NCBI RefSeq assembly: GCF_009914755.1
Contig: NC_060946.1
Source: the human T2T-CHM13v2.0 reference genome, Homo sapiens
DNA: 64,000 bases
Direction: 5' to 3' (one strand)
In this document: positions 60,501 through 64,000 of the stretch, piece by piece
How positions within the stretch are numbered: position 1 is the first letter of the stretch
Layout of the letters: every line of letters starts with the position of its first letter
The notes under the pieces: generated by a model
Seen by the model: only the letters and a program-made list of their open reading frames with translations
Told to the model about the DNA's origin: nothing
The model's database searches: none
Position numbers and translations under genes: made by a program

Positions 60501-63500
60501 ACTTACAGATTCTGCAAAAAGAGTGTTTCAAACCTGCTCTATCAAAAGAAAGGTTCAACTCTGTGAGTTGAATTTGCACGTCACAAAGAAGTTTCTGAGA
60601 ATGCTTCTGTCTAGTGATTATGTGAAGATATTCCCATTTCCAATGAAGGCCTCAAAGCGGTCCAAATATCCACTTGCAGATTCTACAAAAAGAATGTTTC
60701 AAACCTGCTCTGTCAAAAAAAAGGTTCAACTCGGTGAGTTGAATGCAAACATCACAAAGAAATTTCTGAGAATTCTTTTGTCTCATTTTTATATAAAGTT
60801 ATTTCCTTTTCTACAATAGGCCTCAAAGCGCTCCAAATGTCCACTTGCAGACTCTACAAAAAGAGTGTTGCAAACCTGCACTATCACAACAGAAGTTCAA
60901 CTCTGTGAGTTGAATGCACACATCAAAAATAAGTTTCTGAGTATCCTTCTGTCTAGTGTTTATGTGAAGAAAATCCCGTTTCCAAAGAAGGCAAAAAAGC
61001 GGTCCAAATATCCACTTGCAGATTCTAAAAAAAAGAATGTTTCTAAACTTCTCTATCAAAAGAAAGGTTAAACTCTGTGACTTGAATGCACACATCACAA
61101 AGAAGTTTCTGAGAATGCTTCTGTCTAGTGTTTATGTGAAGATAATCCCGTTACCAATGAAGGCCTCAAAGCAGTCCAAATATCCACTTGCAGATTCTAC
61201 TAAAAGAGTGTTTCAAAACTGCTCTATCATACAGTATGTTCAACTCTGTGAATTGAATGGAAACATCACAAAGAAGTTTCTGAGAATGCTTCTTTCTAAT
61301 TTTTATGTGAAGATATTTGCTTTTCTACCGTAGGCCCCAAAGCGCTCTATATGTCCACTTGCAGATTCTAAAAGAAAGAATATTTCAAACCTGCCTTGTC
61401 AAAAGAAAGGTTCAACTCTCTGAGTTGAATCCTCACATCAAAAAGAAGTTTCTGAGAATGCTTATTTCTAGTTTCTATGTGAAGATATTCCCGTTTCCAA
61501 TGAAGGCCTCAAAGCGGTCCGAACATCCACTTGCAGATTCTACGAAAGGAGTGTTTCAAAACTGCTGTATGAAAACGAAGGTTCAGCTCTGTGAGTTGAA
61601 TGCAAACATCACAAAGAAGTTTCTGAGAATTCCTCTGTCTAATTTTTATGTGAAGATATATCCTTTTCCACCATAGGTCTGAAAGCTCTCCAAATGTCCA
61701 CTTGCGGATTCTACAAAAAGAGTGTTTCAAAACTGCTCTATCAAAAGAGAGGTTCAACTCTTGGAGTTTAATGCACACATCACGAAAAAGTTTCTGAGAA
61801 AGCTTCTGTCTAGTGATTATGTGAAGATATTCCCGTTTCCAACGAAGGCCTCAAATAAGTCCAAATATCCAGTTGCAGATTCTACAAAAAGAGTGTTTCA
61901 AAACTGCACCATGAAAAGGTGTGTTCAACTCTGTGAGTTGAATGCAAACATCACAAAGAAGTTGCTGAGAATGCTTCTGTCTAGTTTTTATGTGATGGTA
62001 TTTTTCCACAATAGGCCACAAAGCTCTCCAAATGTCCACTTGCAGATCCTACAAAAAAAGTGTTTCAATGCTGCTCTATCAAAAGAATGGTTCAACTCTG
62101 TGAGTGGAAAGCACACATCACAAAGAAGTTTCTGAGAACGATTCTATTTAGTGTTTATGTGATAATATTCCCGTTTCCAACGAAGGCCTCTAAGCGGTCC
62201 AAATATCCACCTGCAGATTCTACTAAAAGAGTGTTTCAAAACTGCTCTATGAAAAAGTATTTTCAACTCTGTGAGATGAATGCAAACATCACAAAGAAGT
62301 TTCTGATAATGCTTCAGTCTACTTTTTATGTGAAGATATTACCTTTTCAACCATACGTCTCAAAACGCACCAAATGTCCACTTGCAGTTTCTGCAAAACG
62401 AGTGTTTCAAAACTGCTCTATGAAAAGGAAGGTTCAACTCTGTGAGTTGAATGCGAACATCACAAAGAAGTTTCTGAGAATGCTTCTGTCTAGTATTTAT
62501 GTGAAGATATTCCCTTTCCCACCATAGGCCTCAAACTCTCCAAATGTCCACTTGCAGATTCTACAAAATGAGTGTTTCAAACCTGCTCTATCAAAAGAAA
62601 GCTTCAACTCTGTGAGTTGAATGCACACATCCCAAAGAAGTTGCTGAAAATGCTTCTGTCTAGTGTTTATGTGAAGATATTCCCGTTTCCAACAAAGGCC
62701 TCCAAGCGGTCCAAATGTCCACTTGCAAATACTACAAAAGGAGTGTTTCAAAACAGCTCTATGAAAAGGTGTGTTCAACTCTGTCAGTTGAATGGAAACA
62801 TTCCAAAGTAGTTTCTGAGAATTCCTCTGTCTGGTTTTTATTTAAAGATATTTCTTTTTCCACGATAGACCTCAAAGCACCCCAAATGTCCGCTTGCAGA
62901 TTATACAAAAAGAGAGTTTCAAACCTGCTCTATCAAAAGAAAAGTTCAACTCTGTGAGTTGAATGCACAAGTCACAAAGAAGTTTCTGAGAGTGCTTCCA
63001 TCTAGTGTTTATGTGAAGATATTACCGTTTGCAACGAAAGCCCCAAAATGGTCCAAATATCCACTTTCAGATTCTACACAAAGAGTGTTTCAAACCTGCT
63101 CCATCGAAATAAAGGTTCAACTCCGTGAGTTGAATGCATACATCACAAAGACGTTTCTGAGAATGCTTCTATCTAGTTTTTATATGAAGATATTTCCTTT
63201 TCCACCACAGGCCTCAATGCACTCCCAATGTTCACTTGCAGATTCTGCAAAAAGAGTGTTTCAAACCTGCTTTATCAAAAGAAAGCTTCAACTCTGTGAG
63301 TTGAATGCACACATCACAAAGAAGTTTCTGAGAATGCTTCTGTCTAGTGTTTCCGTGAAGATATTCCCGTTTCCAATGAAGGCCTCAAAACGATCTAAAT
63401 ATCCACTTGGCAAATATACAAAAAGAGTGTTTCAAAACTGCTCTATGAAAATACATGTTCAACTCTGTGACTTGAATGGAAACATCACAAAGTAGTTTCT

Positions 63501-64000
63501 GAGAATTCTTCTGTCTGGTTTTTATTTAAAGATATTTTCTTTTCCACCATATGCCTCAAAGCTCTCCAAATGTCCATTTGCAGATTCTACCTCAAAGCTT
63601 TCCAAATATCCACTTGCAGATTCTACAAAAAGAGTGTCTCAAAACTGCTCTATCAAAAGAAATATTCAACTCTGTGAGTTGAATGCACACATCACAAAGA
63701 AGTTTCTGAGAATGCTTCTGTCTAGTTTCTAGGTGAAGATATTCCAGTATCCAATGAAGGCCTCAAGGCAGTCAAAATATCCACTTGCACATTCTAAAAA
63801 AAGAGTGTTTAAAAACTGCTCTATGATAAAGCATGTTCAACTCTGTGAGTTGAATGCACACATCACAAAGAAGTTCCTGAGTATGCTTCTGTCTAGTGTT
63901 TATGTGAAGATATTCCCGTTTCCTACAAAGATCTCAAAGCGGTCCAACTATCCACTTGCAGATTCTACAAAAAGAGTGTTTCAAATCTGCTCCACGATAA
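54551..64000 (-). repeat. Alpha satellite, SF5 (R1/R2)-like
   Basis: Same monomer types as 16402-29630, with mixed intact and CpG-decayed CENP-B boxes. Confidence 0.94.
60117..60455. repeat. Recent single-monomer tandem duplication (2 x 170 bp)
   Basis: The private variants GAGTATTTGATTACTG and GTGGATTGCTGAATC are repeated at offset 170. Confidence 0.92.

Overview
Primate (human or other great-ape type) pericentromeric DNA with no host genes. About 50 kb is diverged ~171-bp alpha satellite arranged in layers: CENP-B-box-bearing SF2/SF02-like sequence on + (1-16401), an in-register strand switch at a palindromic AGCGCT (16396-16401), then on - an SF5 (R1/R2)-like layer that is interrupted by two CENP-B-box-free A-type blocks (~29.6-34.7 kb and ~34.7-45.1 kb). 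Two full-length L1PA2/L1PA3-type LINE-1 elements are inserted, each with a target-site duplication (TSD) and a 3' transduction. L1-A (minus strand, 5.4-11.5 kb) carries a 49-bp Tigger4-like tag, what looks like its parent's TSD at both ends, and an intact ORF0. L1-B (plus strand, 46.4-54.5 kb) has a nearly intact ORF2 and a 2.06-kb transduction. The most unusual observation is that these two independently inserted L1s share many non-consensus substitutions, a mutated YY1 site and the same three ORF1 stop codons. All satellite ORFs in the ORF track are spurious. Family names, subfamily names and consensus comparisons are from memory and by eye, and layer boundaries are approximate (about +/-200 bp).
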